Below, piece after piece: positions 36,948 to 47,754 of a DNA stretch of 64,000 nucleotides. Within the stretch, counting starts at the first letter, position 1; each line of letters opens with the position of its first letter. Where the stretch lies: positions 1,600,001-1,664,000 of the forward strand of contig OZ242320.1 of assembly GCA_965208125.1 (NCBI GenBank). The letters run 5' to 3'. The DNA is from Candidatus Latescibacterota bacterium. GTDB taxonomy: Bacteria > Latescibacterota > UBA2968. The notes under the pieces are model-generated. The model saw nothing but the letters and a program-made list of their open reading frames with translations, had not been told where the DNA came from and searched no databases. The translations under genes were made by a program, and so were the position numbers.

Positions 36948-37064
36948 GGGAACCTCCAATTTGTGAAGTTAGAACTGCGATAATGCGTCAGATGCCAAAA
37001 TACGTTCCGATGCTCTCAATGTCAATGTGTATGATTCGGCTTTTTATTTAAAAAGCTCTGTGAT

Positions 37065-37099
37065 AAAAAAAGCCCTCAAGCAATAAGCTATAGGGCTTT
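37065..37099 (-). terminator. Putative terminator
   Basis: AAAGCCCT...AGGGCTTT with a T-run on the minus strand after the Ldh_2 gene. Confidence 0.6.
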
Positions 37100-37119
37100 A
37101 GTTATTAGATCTTTTCCCA

Positions 37120-38121
37120 TCAATCCCAGGGAAGCGGCACCCTTAGGCGCGCGCTAACCTCGCGTGCATTTTCCTGCTCCATCTCGCCATAGCGAATACC
37201 CTCGGCGCGATGGAGCACCATGCGCTCTTCCTCAATCGCACCCGGCAACAACGCGCGGTCATGTCCCGGCATCGGCTCGTACGTCTCGCGCACCGTTCTC
37301 ACCATGTGATCTGACTCAGCCCGGAAAACCTCTTCGGAAACCGCCTGATCAACGCGGATCGCAAGAACACAACCACCCGCACCTGACGAGGACCATTTCT
37401 CCTTCATCTCGTGAGAAGACGGAAGACTGGCACCTGCCAATCCACCCCCCATAATCGAAGCCACCGCCGTGTACCCAATACTCTTAAAAAACGCCGCCGG
37501 AATCATCTCGAACAAAGCCTCAAACTCCGGACCCCGCTGGTAATCCGCCAAAATACAAGTCGCCGCATCGAGAACAATCGGAGGCTCATCCCCAGAGGGA
37601 ATCGCAAAACATATTGGAGGATTGCCAAAATAGCCGAGAAGCGGCCCCCTGCCATCCCTCTTTGCATTGCCCTGCTGCCTGCCCTGTACGCAAAAACCAA
37701 TACACCCCGCCTCGGAACACATCCGCGCATAATGACCCGCCGAACCAATATGCCCCACATGTCGCGCCAGCCCCATACCCATACCCAACTCTCTCGCTTT
37801 GCGAATCGCGTGGTCTGCCGCGCGCACCATCGGGAGATACCCCACCGTACCATCCCCATCAATAACAGCACACGTCGGCGTCTCACCGATCACCCGCACA
37901 TTGGGACGCGGATTGAGACTCCCATTTTCAAAACTCTTGCAATAGCCATTCACAGTCCGCGTACCGTGGCTGCGAACACCTCGCAGATCGCTATTGACCA
38001 GAAGGCGACTGATAACCCGCGCGTGATCGGTCTCAAGCCCCGCCTTTTCAAAACAAGCCGCGGCAAAATCCAGAAGGCGATCTTCAAAGACATGAACAAA
38101 TGATTCAGGAGGTTGATTCAT
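37120..38121 (-). CDS. Ldh_2 (malate/L-lactate/sulfolactate dehydrogenase) family oxidoreductase
   Basis: DLRGVRSHG, H.G.AGHY, GNPPI, LD.AT. Confidence 0.88.
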   Translation of the reverse strand: MNQPPESFVHVFEDRLLDFAAACFEKAGLETDHARVISRLLVNSDLRGVRSHGTRTVNGYCKSFENGSLNPRPNVRVIGETPTCAVIDGDGTVGYLPMVRAADHAIRKARELGMGMGLARHVGHIGSAGHYARMCSEAGCIGFCVQGRQQGNAKRDGRGPLLGYFGNPPICFAIPSGDEPPIVLDAATCILADYQRGPEFEALFEMIPAAFFKSIGYTAVASIMGGGLAGASLPSSHEMKEKWSSSGAGGCVLAIRVDQAVSEEVFRAESDHMVRTVRETYEPMPGHDRALLPGAIEEERMVLHRAEGIRYGEMEQENAREVSARLRVPLPWD

Positions 38122-38179
38122 AGGAAAAATCCAAACGTAAAAGGTAAAAAATAAAGAATATTATCTCTCTTAGTAATAT

Positions 38180-38239
38180 CTATGTATTTAGCGTTGATAT
38201 ACGTCGCGCCGATGAACGCATGTGAACAGCGTAAGCCAT
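38180..38239 (-). pseudogene. Possible RelE-like toxin remnant (19 codons)
   Basis: MAYAVHMRSSARR... starts 2 nt after the upstream gene and stops in AT-rich DNA. Confidence 0.35.
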
Positions 38240-38241
38240 TG

Positions 38242-38496
38242 CTATGGTACTTCTCCAGTCTCACGGAGCAAATCGCGCAAAGGCCGCGTTTCGCTATTCT
38301 CCTCATTCGCTTCATCCATTAACATGGCGTCAACAGCATCCTGTAGATGGGGAGGAAGCGTCTCCCAGTCTGTTTCCTGAGCGACCTTTTGAATTAAAGT
38401 CTTGAAATCGTCATATCCAAGTATCACCTCAATGACCTCGCCCGAGTCATCATATACCCATTTTGGAGAACGTGGTTTTTCGAGAATGCGTGTCAT
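38242..38496 (-). CDS. Small acidic hypothetical protein, antitoxin-like
   Basis: 84 aa, RBS GAGG; YD..G...EVIL..DDF and an acidic C-terminus. Confidence 0.6.
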   Translation of the reverse strand: MTRILEKPRSPKWVYDDSGEVIEVILGYDDFKTLIQKVAQETDWETLPPHLQDAVDAMLMDEANEENSETRPLRDLLRETGEVP

Positions 38497-38543
38497 ATTA
38501 TCCTCAATCTACTTTGTTATCATCTATTTTCCCGTCCCTCATC

Positions 38544-39377
38544 TCATGACCACAAATAAACCTCAGGGTCATCTTCAGACATACCGATAAACGATGCCAG
38601 CACAACGCGGGGTTGAGAGCCGACGACAAAAGGAACTTCGTGAATCGTCTCGGAATAAAAAAAGTAGAGATCTCCCGGTTCCAGATTGACCTGCACGCGC
38701 GCAATCCCCTCCTCCTCTGCGAATTCTCGAAACCGCCTCTCCTCGAGAGGGCGTTGAAACTCGGGCGACATAGGCGCCCTGTAAAGGATCCCTTCGCCGC
38801 TATCACCACGATCCTCGCTATTCTGAAAACACAGCACACCCGCAAACTGATGTCTGAACCGGGAAACCGTAAAATTGTAGCGCTTGGACCGCTTGGACAC
38901 GGAATCGTAATGCGGGTAATGCCCCACACCCTCGTGATAAGTTCTAAAAATAGAGGGACCGTAAAGACGACCGTCAACGCTCCGAGCCGTCATAACCCGC
39001 TTATCTGGAAGCATCCTGGCAAGCGCGTCATACAGCGTCTTCACGGGATCCTCATACCCATCAAACAAATACGAAAAAAGATCGTGCGTCTGACGAGAAT
39101 GTTCGTAAAAAGCATCTGGATCATTCCCGTGGTGACCCAGACTCGTACCGATATCGACCCGGCGGGGACTGCCATCACCCACCTTGTGCGGATCGTAGAG
39201 CAAACCGCGCTCGTAAAACCGCTCAATAAGAGCCGCACAGTGATCCGACGGAAACGCGCAACGCACGATAACAGCGGGAATCTCGCTCGCCATCATCGCA
39301 TCGAACGGCCGCGGAACCTGCGCGAGAATCTCATCAACCGTACCCTCAACAGGGGACCAGACCACTGTTTGAGACAT
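38544..39377 (-). CDS. 2OG-Fe(II) oxygenase family protein
   Basis: HYD...GDLYFF....HEV......R. Confidence 0.75.
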   Translation of the reverse strand: MSQTVVWSPVEGTVDEILAQVPRPFDAMMASEIPAVIVRCAFPSDHCAALIERFYERGLLYDPHKVGDGSPRRVDIGTSLGHHGNDPDAFYEHSRQTHDLFSYLFDGYEDPVKTLYDALARMLPDKRVMTARSVDGRLYGPSIFRTYHEGVGHYPHYDSVSKRSKRYNFTVSRFRHQFAGVLCFQNSEDRGDSGEGILYRAPMSPEFQRPLEERRFREFAEEEGIARVQVNLEPGDLYFFYSETIHEVPFVVGSQPRVVLASFIGMSEDDPEVYLWS

Positions 39378-39388
39378 CGCAATCTCTC

Positions 39389-40168
39389 CTAATCTAAAAA
39401 CTCAAGCACTCTCATTCGGTCAATCCAGCGCTGGCGCCTCGGATTTCCGTGGACATTTGCCAGCCAGTGCGGCGGATGGATAGGCTCTGCAGGGCGATCA
39501 AATCTGACCGCAGTATCCGCATTCGACCTCCCCTGCTCCCGCGTCACACGCTCTTCCTCAGCAGTCTTGGGATTATTGTAATAGACAGCCGTACACATCC
39601 GGCGATCAACACCACCACCAAGACTCGCATGCCAGAGCCGCAGGTCAAAAGCCACCACATCTCCCGGCTCTGACGCACACACAAAAGCCGGCACCTCGTC
39701 GAGATCCAGGCGAGACGCTTCTCGCGCCTGTCGCAACTCATCGTGAAAAGGACATATATGTGAACCCGGTAACACGCGCAACGCGCCGCTTTGTGCATCT
39801 ACCGACTTGAGATAAAAAGCGAACTTAACGCCATACTGGTGGGGACTCCGCGTATCCGGATGCCACTGTGTATCGCCCACATAGCGATTGGCATCGCAAG
39901 CCACGCCAAACACATCCTCCCCGTAAAGTTGCTCTGCCACCCTGCAAAACCTGAGATCTTCCAGCAAACCCGCGAAAAAGGGCGTATCCGGTCCCAGCAT
40001 AGGCACCCAATGCCGACGCGTACCGTCAAAAGGCGCGTGTCGATACGCCGCTGTCAGAGCATGCTCGAACTCCTCGTTAATCGTCTTCAACTCGTCCCGA
40101 TCAAACACCTGCCGAAGAATCAGAAATCCGAACGTCTTAAAATAGTGGACCTCTTGCTCCGTCAGCAT
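39389..40168 (-). CDS. Phytanoyl-CoA dioxygenase (PhyH) family protein
   Basis: F.TFGF, WHPD, LRVLPGSH, PGDVVAFD.RLWHAS; RBS GGAGG. Confidence 0.9.
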   Translation of the reverse strand: MLTEQEVHYFKTFGFLILRQVFDRDELKTINEEFEHALTAAYRHAPFDGTRRHWVPMLGPDTPFFAGLLEDLRFCRVAEQLYGEDVFGVACDANRYVGDTQWHPDTRSPHQYGVKFAFYLKSVDAQSGALRVLPGSHICPFHDELRQAREASRLDLDEVPAFVCASEPGDVVAFDLRLWHASLGGGVDRRMCTAVYYNNPKTAEEERVTREQGRSNADTAVRFDRPAEPIHPPHWLANVHGNPRRQRWIDRMRVLEFLD

Positions 40169-40180
40169 AAGCCCTCCAGT

Positions 40181-40263
40181 AGCGATTAGCAATCAGCCAT
40201 CAGCTTTCAGCGACCAGCTAACCGCTTGTTCTGCTGACTACTGACCGCTGATTGCTGATTGCT
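40181..40263. repeat. Inverted array of 7-mers (AGCnnTC / GCTGAnn) forming a long hairpin
   Basis: AGCGATT AGCAATC AGCCATC AGCTTTC AGCGACC ... GCTGACT ACTGACC GCTGATT GCTGATT GCT. Confidence 0.8.
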
Positions 40264-40267
40264 TTTT

Positions 40268-41362
40268 TCAAGACACAGAACTCAAAGGCTCTGAAATTGC
40301 GGCGATCTTCTCCTCATCCAACTCCATCCCCAACCCCGGACCTTCTGGCAAAATCACATAACCCTTCTCGTATTGTATGCGCTCCTTAACCACATCGCTC
40401 TCGTACAGCAACCCACCTGTCGGATCGCCCGGATAATCGAGATTTTCCACCACAGAACCAAACGTCGCCTGAGCCGCCACGCCAATGGACAGCTCCTGCG
40501 TCGTACCCACCAGACACGACAGACCAGCCGCATCGGCCACCTGCGCGACATGCAGCGCATTTGTAAATCCCCCTGCACCCGACAAACTGATATTGAAAAT
40601 ATCGACATACCGGTGCCGGGCAAACTGATAGGCCTGATCCAGTGAACTGACGTGCTCGCTGATGGGCAGATCAATGCGCTTTCGCACCTCGTATTGACCC
40701 TCCAGATCTCTCCGGTCAGAGACTGATTCCAGATGAAAAGGCCTGTAGTACCTCAGCAAAACATCCAGCGCCTGCACAACCCGTTTCCACTTGTGCGCGC
40801 CGCTAAAATCGAGCGACTTCAACACAAACTGATCGCCCCAGGACGACTTCACCCCATCCAAAAAAATCTCATCCGCCTCCACATTGCCGCCGTGATACAA
40901 CCGAAACAGATCCTGACCCTCCTTCATCCGGCGATTGACCCGCGCGATATTCGCCTCGGCATCTTCCCTGGAATAATTCCTGAAAATCGGATAACACACG
41001 CGCCACTTATCCCTCAGCGCTCCGCCAAACACACCTGCAACCGACTGCCCCTGGATCTTGCCGACCAAATCGAAAAGACCGATCTCGAACCCCGCTCGAA
41101 TCGCCCCACCCATACGGAACCGGGACCTCGCTTCAATGGTAATCGTACGCCACGCCAGCGGATCCTTTCCCACGAGCAACGACTCGTAGGCTCCCTTGAC
41201 ATCATTGAGATCGTACATCACACCCCAGTCGTTCACATCGGACATCTCCCCCAAACCGATCAATCCCTCATCAGTGTGAATGCGAACAATAACGTGACGA
41301 GACAAATGTCCAGTCTCACGCCTCGATGCAACGGGGGTCAAATCAACACTCGTGATCTTCAT
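40268..41362 (-). CDS. Muconate cycloisomerase/mandelate racemase family enolase
   Basis: TDEGLIGLGE, LFDLVGK, PEGPGLG.ELDE; RBS AGGAG. Confidence 0.85.
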   Translation of the reverse strand: MKITSVDLTPVASRRETGHLSRHVIVRIHTDEGLIGLGEMSDVNDWGVMYDLNDVKGAYESLLVGKDPLAWRTITIEARSRFRMGGAIRAGFEIGLFDLVGKIQGQSVAGVFGGALRDKWRVCYPIFRNYSREDAEANIARVNRRMKEGQDLFRLYHGGNVEADEIFLDGVKSSWGDQFVLKSLDFSGAHKWKRVVQALDVLLRYYRPFHLESVSDRRDLEGQYEVRKRIDLPISEHVSSLDQAYQFARHRYVDIFNISLSGAGGFTNALHVAQVADAAGLSCLVGTTQELSIGVAAQATFGSVVENLDYPGDPTGGLLYESDVVKERIQYEKGYVILPEGPGLGMELDEEKIAAISEPLSSVS

Positions 41363-41495
41363 AACCACACTCCTTTGCCAGAAAAACAAGACAAATGACG
41401 CATAAATATTTGGGCGTATTAATCTCAAACTAACGCATTTTTTTGGCAATATCAAGTATTACTCGGGACTGGGGACTGGATGACAGGCAAAACCT

Positions 41496-41529
41496 CTGGA
41501 TCGCGGCTCAAAATCACGCCGCGATGACA
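41496..41529. repeat. CTGGAT...ATGAC palindromic REP-like element, copy 1
   Basis: CTGGATCGCGGCTCAAAATCACGCCGCGATGACA; near-identical at 58050. Confidence 0.8.
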
Positions 41530-41557
41530 GCGAATGGGGGTCTAACCGCCGACCGCT

Positions 41558-42391
41558 TCAATACTTTCGCGCCAGCGGATCTGCACCGAGAATATTGGGA
41601 TGGGCAATTGCACTGCGGAGGGCTGTATAGAGAGGATGGAGACACTCGACATTTTGCGCCAGAGAACGTATCACAAAAAGGTCGGGCCTGGGGGAAGCAA
41701 AGGAAAGCAAAAGAGAATCCTGCGAAGGTTTCAACAAAGGAGCGAGCGTTTGGGAAAGACTTTCAACCAGACAACTAAAACGTGTGGAATCACCCGCAAC
41801 AAAAATATTAAAAACAACAGTATAAGCCCCAAACGCACCCGTATGTATTGGCGATAACGTCCCCGGCTCGGAATAATAGCGCTCCACCAGAACCGGGCGT
41901 TCGACCGTATGCACTGTAATATCAGACCGGTAACTCGTGTACCCAAAACACTCCCCAAAAGCCATGCGTCCAGCCGTATGACCATCGGCGAGCACCAGAC
42001 ATGCGTCAGACCCCAGATGCCACGTCTGCGCCTGCTCAAAAACACTTCGCGAGTATGGAACAACGGGATCGGGCAAAACAACGGCAAGGCCCCCGGCTTC
42101 CACCTCACCGCCAATTATTTGCTTACACGGAATACCATTGGGACTCTTATAAACTTTGGTAAACGCCTGAGTACCCAGATAAAGAGATGCCCCTTCACCA
42201 CAGCGCACACACAGCGTCGTCGCATCCCCCTCCACCATACCGCCCCCATAACTGGAAAGCACAACAGCGCAATAATTGCCCTGTGCGGCGGGATTGAGCA
42301 ACTTCAAAGGCGCGACTGAGCGACAGGCAGAGAGGACAGAACGGGCACCATTGCGGATCACTTCAATTCGGGAAGGGAGAGAGGACATCAT
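41558..42391 (-). CDS. ureD: Urease accessory protein UreD
   Basis: [30 protein letters not shown]; operon context. Confidence 0.9.
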   Translation of the reverse strand: MMSSLPSRIEVIRNGARSVLSACRSVAPLKLLNPAAQGNYCAVVLSSYGGGMVEGDATTLCVRCGEGASLYLGTQAFTKVYKSPNGIPCKQIIGGEVEAGGLAVVLPDPVVPYSRSVFEQAQTWHLGSDACLVLADGHTAGRMAFGECFGYTSYRSDITVHTVERPVLVERYYSEPGTLSPIHTGAFGAYTVVFNIFVAGDSTRFSCLVESLSQTLAPLLKPSQDSLLLSFASPRPDLFVIRSLAQNVECLHPLYTALRSAIAHPNILGADPLARKY

Positions 42392-43119
42392 CGTGTCTGA
42401 AGTGACAGAACAGACCTGCGTGCTCGAAGAACATGCTCAATAATCTCGTCAAGCCCAGACCCGTGTTTCAAACAGGCAAAAAGCGTGGGACCATCGCCGC
42501 GCATCTTCTTTGCGTCTCGCGCCATAACCCCCAGGTCCGCGCCAACGAGACCGGCCAAATCGGTCTTATTAATAACCAGCAAATCCGATTGCGTAATCCC
42601 CGGACCCCCTTTTCGGGGAATCTTGTCCCCAGCAGAGACATCAATCACATAAATCGCGTAATCGACAAGCTCCTTGCTAAAATGCGCCGCCAGATTATCG
42701 CCACCACTCTCCACAAAAAGCAAATCAATATCGCACTCAAAGCGAATCATCAAATCCTCGAGCGCATTCAAATTGAGCGAAATATCCTCGCGAATAGCTG
42801 CATGCGGGCATCCGCCCGTCTCAACGCCAATAATGCGATCGGCCTCAAGCGCCTCGTGACGCAAAAGAAACTCGGCATCCTCGCGCGTAAAAATATCATT
42901 CGTAACCACACCGAGACTAAAGCGATCGCGCAGGGCTTCGCACAACACCCGAACAAGCGCCGTCTTCCCCGTCCCCACCGGACCACCAACCCCCACGGTA
43001 AACGCCCGCTGAGAAAAATCGCGGTCGCAAAGAACCGACTCGCGCAAGGCAAAATCGCCGGGAGATTCAAAAGGCTCGTGAGAATGATCGTGGTCGTGAT
43101 GGTGATGATGATTGTGCAT
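42388..43119 (-). CDS. ureG: Urease accessory GTPase UreG with a His-rich N-terminus
   Basis: [41 protein letters not shown]. Confidence 0.97.
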   Translation of the reverse strand: MHNHHHHHDHDHSHEPFESPGDFALRESVLCDRDFSQRAFTVGVGGPVGTGKTALVRVLCEALRDRFSLGVVTNDIFTREDAEFLLRHEALEADRIIGVETGGCPHAAIREDISLNLNALEDLMIRFECDIDLLFVESGGDNLAAHFSKELVDYAIYVIDVSAGDKIPRKGGPGITQSDLLVINKTDLAGLVGADLGVMARDAKKMRGDGPTLFACLKHGSGLDEIIEHVLRARRSVLSLQTR

Positions 43120-43129
43120 AGCAAATCCT

Positions 43130-43798
43130 CTAACTCTGAAACAACCGAGAATACAGATACTCGTGCATACCCTGTGCAATATCCCATTGGGGCGCACAGC
43201 GCGTCGCACGCGTATAATCTGCCTGCGCGACAGAAATCATAGCATTAATCGCCGTCTTGTGATGGCGTTTTTGCAACCGCGCGGCTTCCAGAGGACCAAT
43301 CTGCCCCAGGCGCACAGCCGCACTGATTTGATCGCGCAAAAACTGATACATAAAAATCCGACACGTCTGCCCGCGTTTAAGACCCGCAATCCGAAATGTC
43401 ATACCAAAAACAATCGTATAATGAGCCGGCACAGGTTGCGAAAGTAAGATTTTGTGCAACCGCGCCATCGCATCGGAAAAATACAAATCGCGCATCAAAC
43501 GCAACAAATTGCGACCCTGCACCTCACTGCCGCGAACAATCGCCGGAGCCGTAAGCATCGCATCATAAGTGAGCAGTATATCCGTCAAATTAGCGGGAAT
43601 CAAATCACCCTTAAAACACGCATTGATAAACGGAATCTCACCATTTGCCGTCGCGTGAATCACCGTTTGAAGATACGCATCCAGATCATCGGAAGAACGC
43701 AACAACCCCATCTGTTTGGTGGCCTCCAGTCCATTGGAAAAAGCGTATCCACCCGTAGGAAAATTGCTATCGGCAAGAGTGAGAAGATCGAAGAGCAT
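43130..43798 (-). CDS. ureF: Urease accessory protein UreF
   Basis: [33 protein letters not shown]. Confidence 0.95.
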   Translation of the reverse strand: MLFDLLTLADSNFPTGGYAFSNGLEATKQMGLLRSSDDLDAYLQTVIHATANGEIPFINACFKGDLIPANLTDILLTYDAMLTAPAIVRGSEVQGRNLLRLMRDLYFSDAMARLHKILLSQPVPAHYTIVFGMTFRIAGLKRGQTCRIFMYQFLRDQISAAVRLGQIGPLEAARLQKRHHKTAINAMISVAQADYTRATRCAPQWDIAQGMHEYLYSRLFQS

Positions 43799-43800
43799 AA

Positions 43801-45504
43801 TCAAAACAAATTATAAAGCTGCGCCAGCGGCAGCTTCTCCGCCGCCTCACAGGTAAGCAACTCGCCATCAACCGTAACGCTATAAGTCTCCGGATCAATG
43901 TGAATATCGGGAATAAAATTATTGAGCTTCATATCCTTCTTCCCAATACCCCGACAATTGGACACAGCAACAACGCCTTTGGACAGATCATAAGACCCCA
44001 CCGTATCCAACGAAGCCCGGGAGACAAAAGCGAGAGACGTCGAACCCACGGCATTGCCATAAGCGCCGAACATAGGACGCGGATACACGGGTTGCGGCGT
44101 GGGAATCGAAGCATTAGGATCGCCCATCTGCGAATACGCAATCGCGCCTCCCTTAATCACCATCTCGGGTTTTGCTCCAAAAAATGCGGGCTTCCAGAGC
44201 ACGAGATCTGCGAGTTTATCCACCTCAACCGAACCGATATGATCGCTCAAACCATGAGCCACCGCAGGATTAATCGTATATTTGGCAATATACCGCTTCA
44301 CGCGCCCATTATCATTCCCCCGGTCGCCGTGCAGTGCACCCCGCTGCTCCCGCATCTTATGGGCGGTCTGCCATGTGCGACAAATAACCTCCCCCACGCG
44401 CCCCATCGCCTGACTATCCGATGCAATAATCGACAGCGCCCCCATATCGTGCAAAATATCTTCTGCCGCAATCGTCTCCTGCCGGATACGGCTCTCGGCA
44501 AAAGCCACATCCTCGGGTATATTTTTATCCAGATGATGACACACCATAAGCATATCGAGATGCTCGTCAATCGTATTCGCCGTAAAAGGCCGCGTGGGAT
44601 TGGTAGAAGAAGGCAAAACATTCGCCTCGCCGCAAAGACGCATAATATCCGGCGCGTGTCCCCCACCCGCGCCCTCGGTGTGATACGTGTGAATCGTGCG
44701 CCCCTTAAAAGCCGCACAACTCTGCTCCACAAAACCCGACTCATTGAGCGTATCCGTGTGAATCGCCACCTGAACATCGTATTCATCGGCAACCGAAAGA
44801 CAGGAATCAATAGCAGCAGGCGTCGTACCCCAGTCCTCGTGGAGCTTGAGACCACAAGCCCCACCCTCAATCTGCTCAATAAGCCCTTGCGGAAGCGAAG
44901 AATTGCCCTTGCCCAAAAATCCAAAATTGAGGGGAAAAGCATCACTCGACTCCAGCATCATCCGAATGTGGTGCGCCCCCGGTGTACACGTCGTAGCATT
45001 GGTCCCCGTCGCCGGACCCGTACCGCCACCCAGCATAGTCGTAATACCCGAAGCAATCGCCTCCTCAACTTGCTGAGGACAAATAAAATGGACATGCACA
45101 TCGAGCGCACCAGCCGTGAGCATATGACCTTCGCCCGCGATAACCTCGGTCGTAACCCCCACGATGAGATCGGGATCAACACCCGACATAATATCGGGAT
45201 TACCCGCTTTGCCAATACCGACGATACGCCCGTCTTTAATCCCAACATCCGCTTTGTATATCCCTGTATAATCAATGACAAGCGCATTGGTAATAACGAG
45301 ATCCAGCGCCCTATCCTGCGACACACCCGTAGCCTGACCCATGCCATCGCGCAGCACCTTACCCCCGCCAAACTTGCATTCATCACCGTAAATCGTATAA
45401 TCGTTCTCCACTTCAACGACAAGATGGGTATCGCCCAATTGAACGCGGTCTCTCGTAGTGGGACCGTACATACTGGCATAAGCGGTTCGATCAATCTGAG
45501 ACAT
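43801..45504 (-). CDS. ureC: Urease subunit alpha
   Basis: [42 protein letters not shown]; start MSQIDR at 45504. Confidence 0.98.
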   Translation of the reverse strand: MSQIDRTAYASMYGPTTRDRVQLGDTHLVVEVENDYTIYGDECKFGGGKVLRDGMGQATGVSQDRALDLVITNALVIDYTGIYKADVGIKDGRIVGIGKAGNPDIMSGVDPDLIVGVTTEVIAGEGHMLTAGALDVHVHFICPQQVEEAIASGITTMLGGGTGPATGTNATTCTPGAHHIRMMLESSDAFPLNFGFLGKGNSSLPQGLIEQIEGGACGLKLHEDWGTTPAAIDSCLSVADEYDVQVAIHTDTLNESGFVEQSCAAFKGRTIHTYHTEGAGGGHAPDIMRLCGEANVLPSSTNPTRPFTANTIDEHLDMLMVCHHLDKNIPEDVAFAESRIRQETIAAEDILHDMGALSIIASDSQAMGRVGEVICRTWQTAHKMREQRGALHGDRGNDNGRVKRYIAKYTINPAVAHGLSDHIGSVEVDKLADLVLWKPAFFGAKPEMVIKGGAIAYSQMGDPNASIPTPQPVYPRPMFGAYGNAVGSTSLAFVSRASLDTVGSYDLSKGVVAVSNCRGIGKKDMKLNNFIPDIHIDPETYSVTVDGELLTCEAAEKLPLAQLYNLF

Positions 45505-46255
45505 TTGGAATCCTCTTAAATCCACCATTCCCCGCCCTTTGCAAAGCCTCTGCCTTATTCTCATCGAGTTGCCCCGAAATAAGGCCATTCCCCCCATAGA
45601 CCGTGCGGTTGCCGGTAATAGCGACAAGATCAACCGTCCGACTCTCACCCGGTTCAAAACGCACGGCAGTACCAGATGGAATATCGAGACGAAAGCCATA
45701 GGCTTTTTCGCGATCAAACGAAAGCGCGGGATTAACTTCAAAAAATGTATAATGCGACCCCACCTGTATCGGACGGTCGCCGGTATTGGTCACAGAAAGA
45801 GAAATAGTCTCCCGATCCGCATTGAGCGCAATTGGCTCAACCGCCGTAGTCCCGGCACCCGGCATTTCCGAAACCGTATTATCCGGCGACCAGGGCGAGC
45901 GAACGCGCGCGAGCCCCGAACCGTACAACGCGAGATCAGAATCGCCTTCTACACGGCAAATAGGATGGTGAACCGTCACGAGCTTCGTCCCATCGGGAAA
46001 CGTACCCTCCACCTGCACCTCGTGAACCATATCTGGAACACCGGGCAAAACATCTTCCGTACCGAGCAACTGCTTGCCCTTGTCCATAAGCGCGGCAACG
46101 GACTCGCCATCGCGGATAAACTCGAGAAGCTGTGCCGCGATAAGCGACACGGCTTCCGGGTAATTGAGACGCAAGCCCCGGGCATACCGCTTCTGCGCGA
46201 GAAAACCCGCGTTGTGCAGCATCAACTTGTCAATTTCTTTAGGCGATAAATACAT
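45491..46255 (-). CDS. ureAB: Fused urease gamma/beta subunit
   Basis: [17 protein letters not shown] (gamma) plus [27 protein letters not shown] (beta). Confidence 0.96.
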   Translation of the reverse strand: MYLSPKEIDKLMLHNAGFLAQKRYARGLRLNYPEAVSLIAAQLLEFIRDGESVAALMDKGKQLLGTEDVLPGVPDMVHEVQVEGTFPDGTKLVTVHHPICRVEGDSDLALYGSGLARVRSPWSPDNTVSEMPGAGTTAVEPIALNADRETISLSVTNTGDRPIQVGSHYTFFEVNPALSFDREKAYGFRLDIPSGTAVRFEPGESRTVDLVAITGNRTVYGGNGLISGQLDENKAEALQRAGNGGFKRIPNVSD

Positions 46256-46268
46256 GGAAAATCCCTGC

Positions 46269-47000
46269 TCAAAACGTAAGATACTGCTTAATACTCTCAT
46301 CCGACAATTCATCCGCAGAACCGCACAACGCAACCGTTCCGCGATCCATCAAATAAAAATAATCGGCAATCTGTCGGGCAAAATCAAAGTACTGCTCCAC
46401 CAGAATAATAGTGAGATTCCCTTTGTCCTTCAGATGGATCAACACATTCTCTATATCGAGAATAATCGAAGGCTGAATACCTTCTGTAGGCTCGTCCAGA
46501 ATGAGAATATCTGGATCGCCAACAAGCGCACGGGCAATGGCGAGTTGCTGTTGCTGTCCGCCACTGAGATTACCACCCATACGATCTTGCATATCGGCCA
46601 ACACGGGAAAAAGATCGTAAATCAGATCCTCCGGCAGAGATGCAAGACCATCTGTGCGCGCCTCCAAACCAATCTGTAAATTCTCATTCACCGTGAGCCT
46701 GGGGAAAATCTCGCGCCCTTGCGGCACATAACTCAAACCCGCGCGCGCCCGCAAATCCGGAGCCTGCCCCGTTATATTCTCGCCATTCAACAGAATATTT
46801 CCTCGGCGAGGACGCAACAGACCCATGATCGTCTTAATAAGCGTCGTCTTCCCAACCCCATTGCGCCCCATAACCGCCACAATCGCCCCTCTGGGAATAT
46901 CCATATCAATATCGCGCAAGATCTGGCTCTCGCCGTAATAAACATCCAGACCTCGAACGGTAAGCGCGGTATCTGTGGTCGTCATTAAAAAACTATCCAT
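46269..47000 (-). CDS. urtE: Urea ABC transporter ATP-binding protein
   Basis: [34 protein letters not shown]. Confidence 0.94.
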   Translation of the reverse strand: MDSFLMTTTDTALTVRGLDVYYGESQILRDIDMDIPRGAIVAVMGRNGVGKTTLIKTIMGLLRPRRGNILLNGENITGQAPDLRARAGLSYVPQGREIFPRLTVNENLQIGLEARTDGLASLPEDLIYDLFPVLADMQDRMGGNLSGGQQQQLAIARALVGDPDILILDEPTEGIQPSIILDIENVLIHLKDKGNLTIILVEQYFDFARQIADYFYLMDRGTVALCGSADELSDESIKQYLTF

Positions 47001-47753
47001 TCAATGTTGCGCACTACCCAAATAACACTCAATAACCCGGGGATCATTTTGCACCTGATCCATCGGTCCTTCAACAAGCACCTTGCCCTCGTGGAGAACC
47101 GTAACAGTGCGGGCGATCTGTCTCACAAACTCCATATCGTGCTCAATAACAATAATCGCGTGATTCATCGTCAGACGTTCGAGAAGTTCTCCCGTCTTAA
47201 CCGTCTCTTCATCCGTCATACCAGCGGCGGGTTCATCAATTAAAAAAAGCTCAGGATCTTGCAAAATAACCATCGCAATCTCCAGCCACTGTTTTTGCCC
47301 GTGCGAAAGCGCATCGGCAACCGTATGCAGATGATCAGCCAAACCCGTCTGTTCTGCAACAGCCTGGATGCGATCGCGATTCTTATCCGACAGACGCGAA
47401 ACAAGCGAAAAGAGAACCGTGCGGTCAGTCTTGAGCGCCAGCATCAAATTCTCGTACACCGTAAGAGAAGTAAAAACAGACGGCGTTTGAAACTTCCGCC
47501 CAACACCCGCCTTGACAATCGCATCTTCGCTCATCTGGGTGAGATCGAACTTTTCAAAACGCGCACTGCCGCGATCGGGTTTGGTCTTGCCACATAAAAC
47601 ATCGAGAAAAGTCGTCTTACCCGCACCATTTGGACCAATAACAACGCGCAATTCGCGGTCGTGCAGGACAAACTCATCTATATCGAGCGCGACAAATCCA
47701 TCAAAGGACACACGCAAATTTTCAACAGTCAGCAGAACCGGATCAAAAATCAT
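47001..47753 (-). CDS. urtD: Urea ABC transporter ATP-binding protein
   Basis: GPNGAGKT, GRKFQTP, LSHGQKQWLEI. Confidence 0.94.
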   Translation of the reverse strand: MIFDPVLLTVENLRVSFDGFVALDIDEFVLHDRELRVVIGPNGAGKTTFLDVLCGKTKPDRGSARFEKFDLTQMSEDAIVKAGVGRKFQTPSVFTSLTVYENLMLALKTDRTVLFSLVSRLSDKNRDRIQAVAEQTGLADHLHTVADALSHGQKQWLEIAMVILQDPELFLIDEPAAGMTDEETVKTGELLERLTMNHAIIVIEHDMEFVRQIARTVTVLHEGKVLVEGPMDQVQNDPRVIECYLGSAQH

Positions 47754-47754
47754 A

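Noticed and set aside
43900-45519. Long + strand ORFs opposite the urease and urt genes (also 48520-49824, 33663-34595)
   Set aside because: Antisense shadows caused by codon bias; the minus-strand genes carry clear family motifs
45505-45741. Extended UreC N-terminus or a single-chain urease
   Set aside because: The extension overlaps ureAB in another frame; ureAB has its own stop and UreC homology begins at MSQIDR
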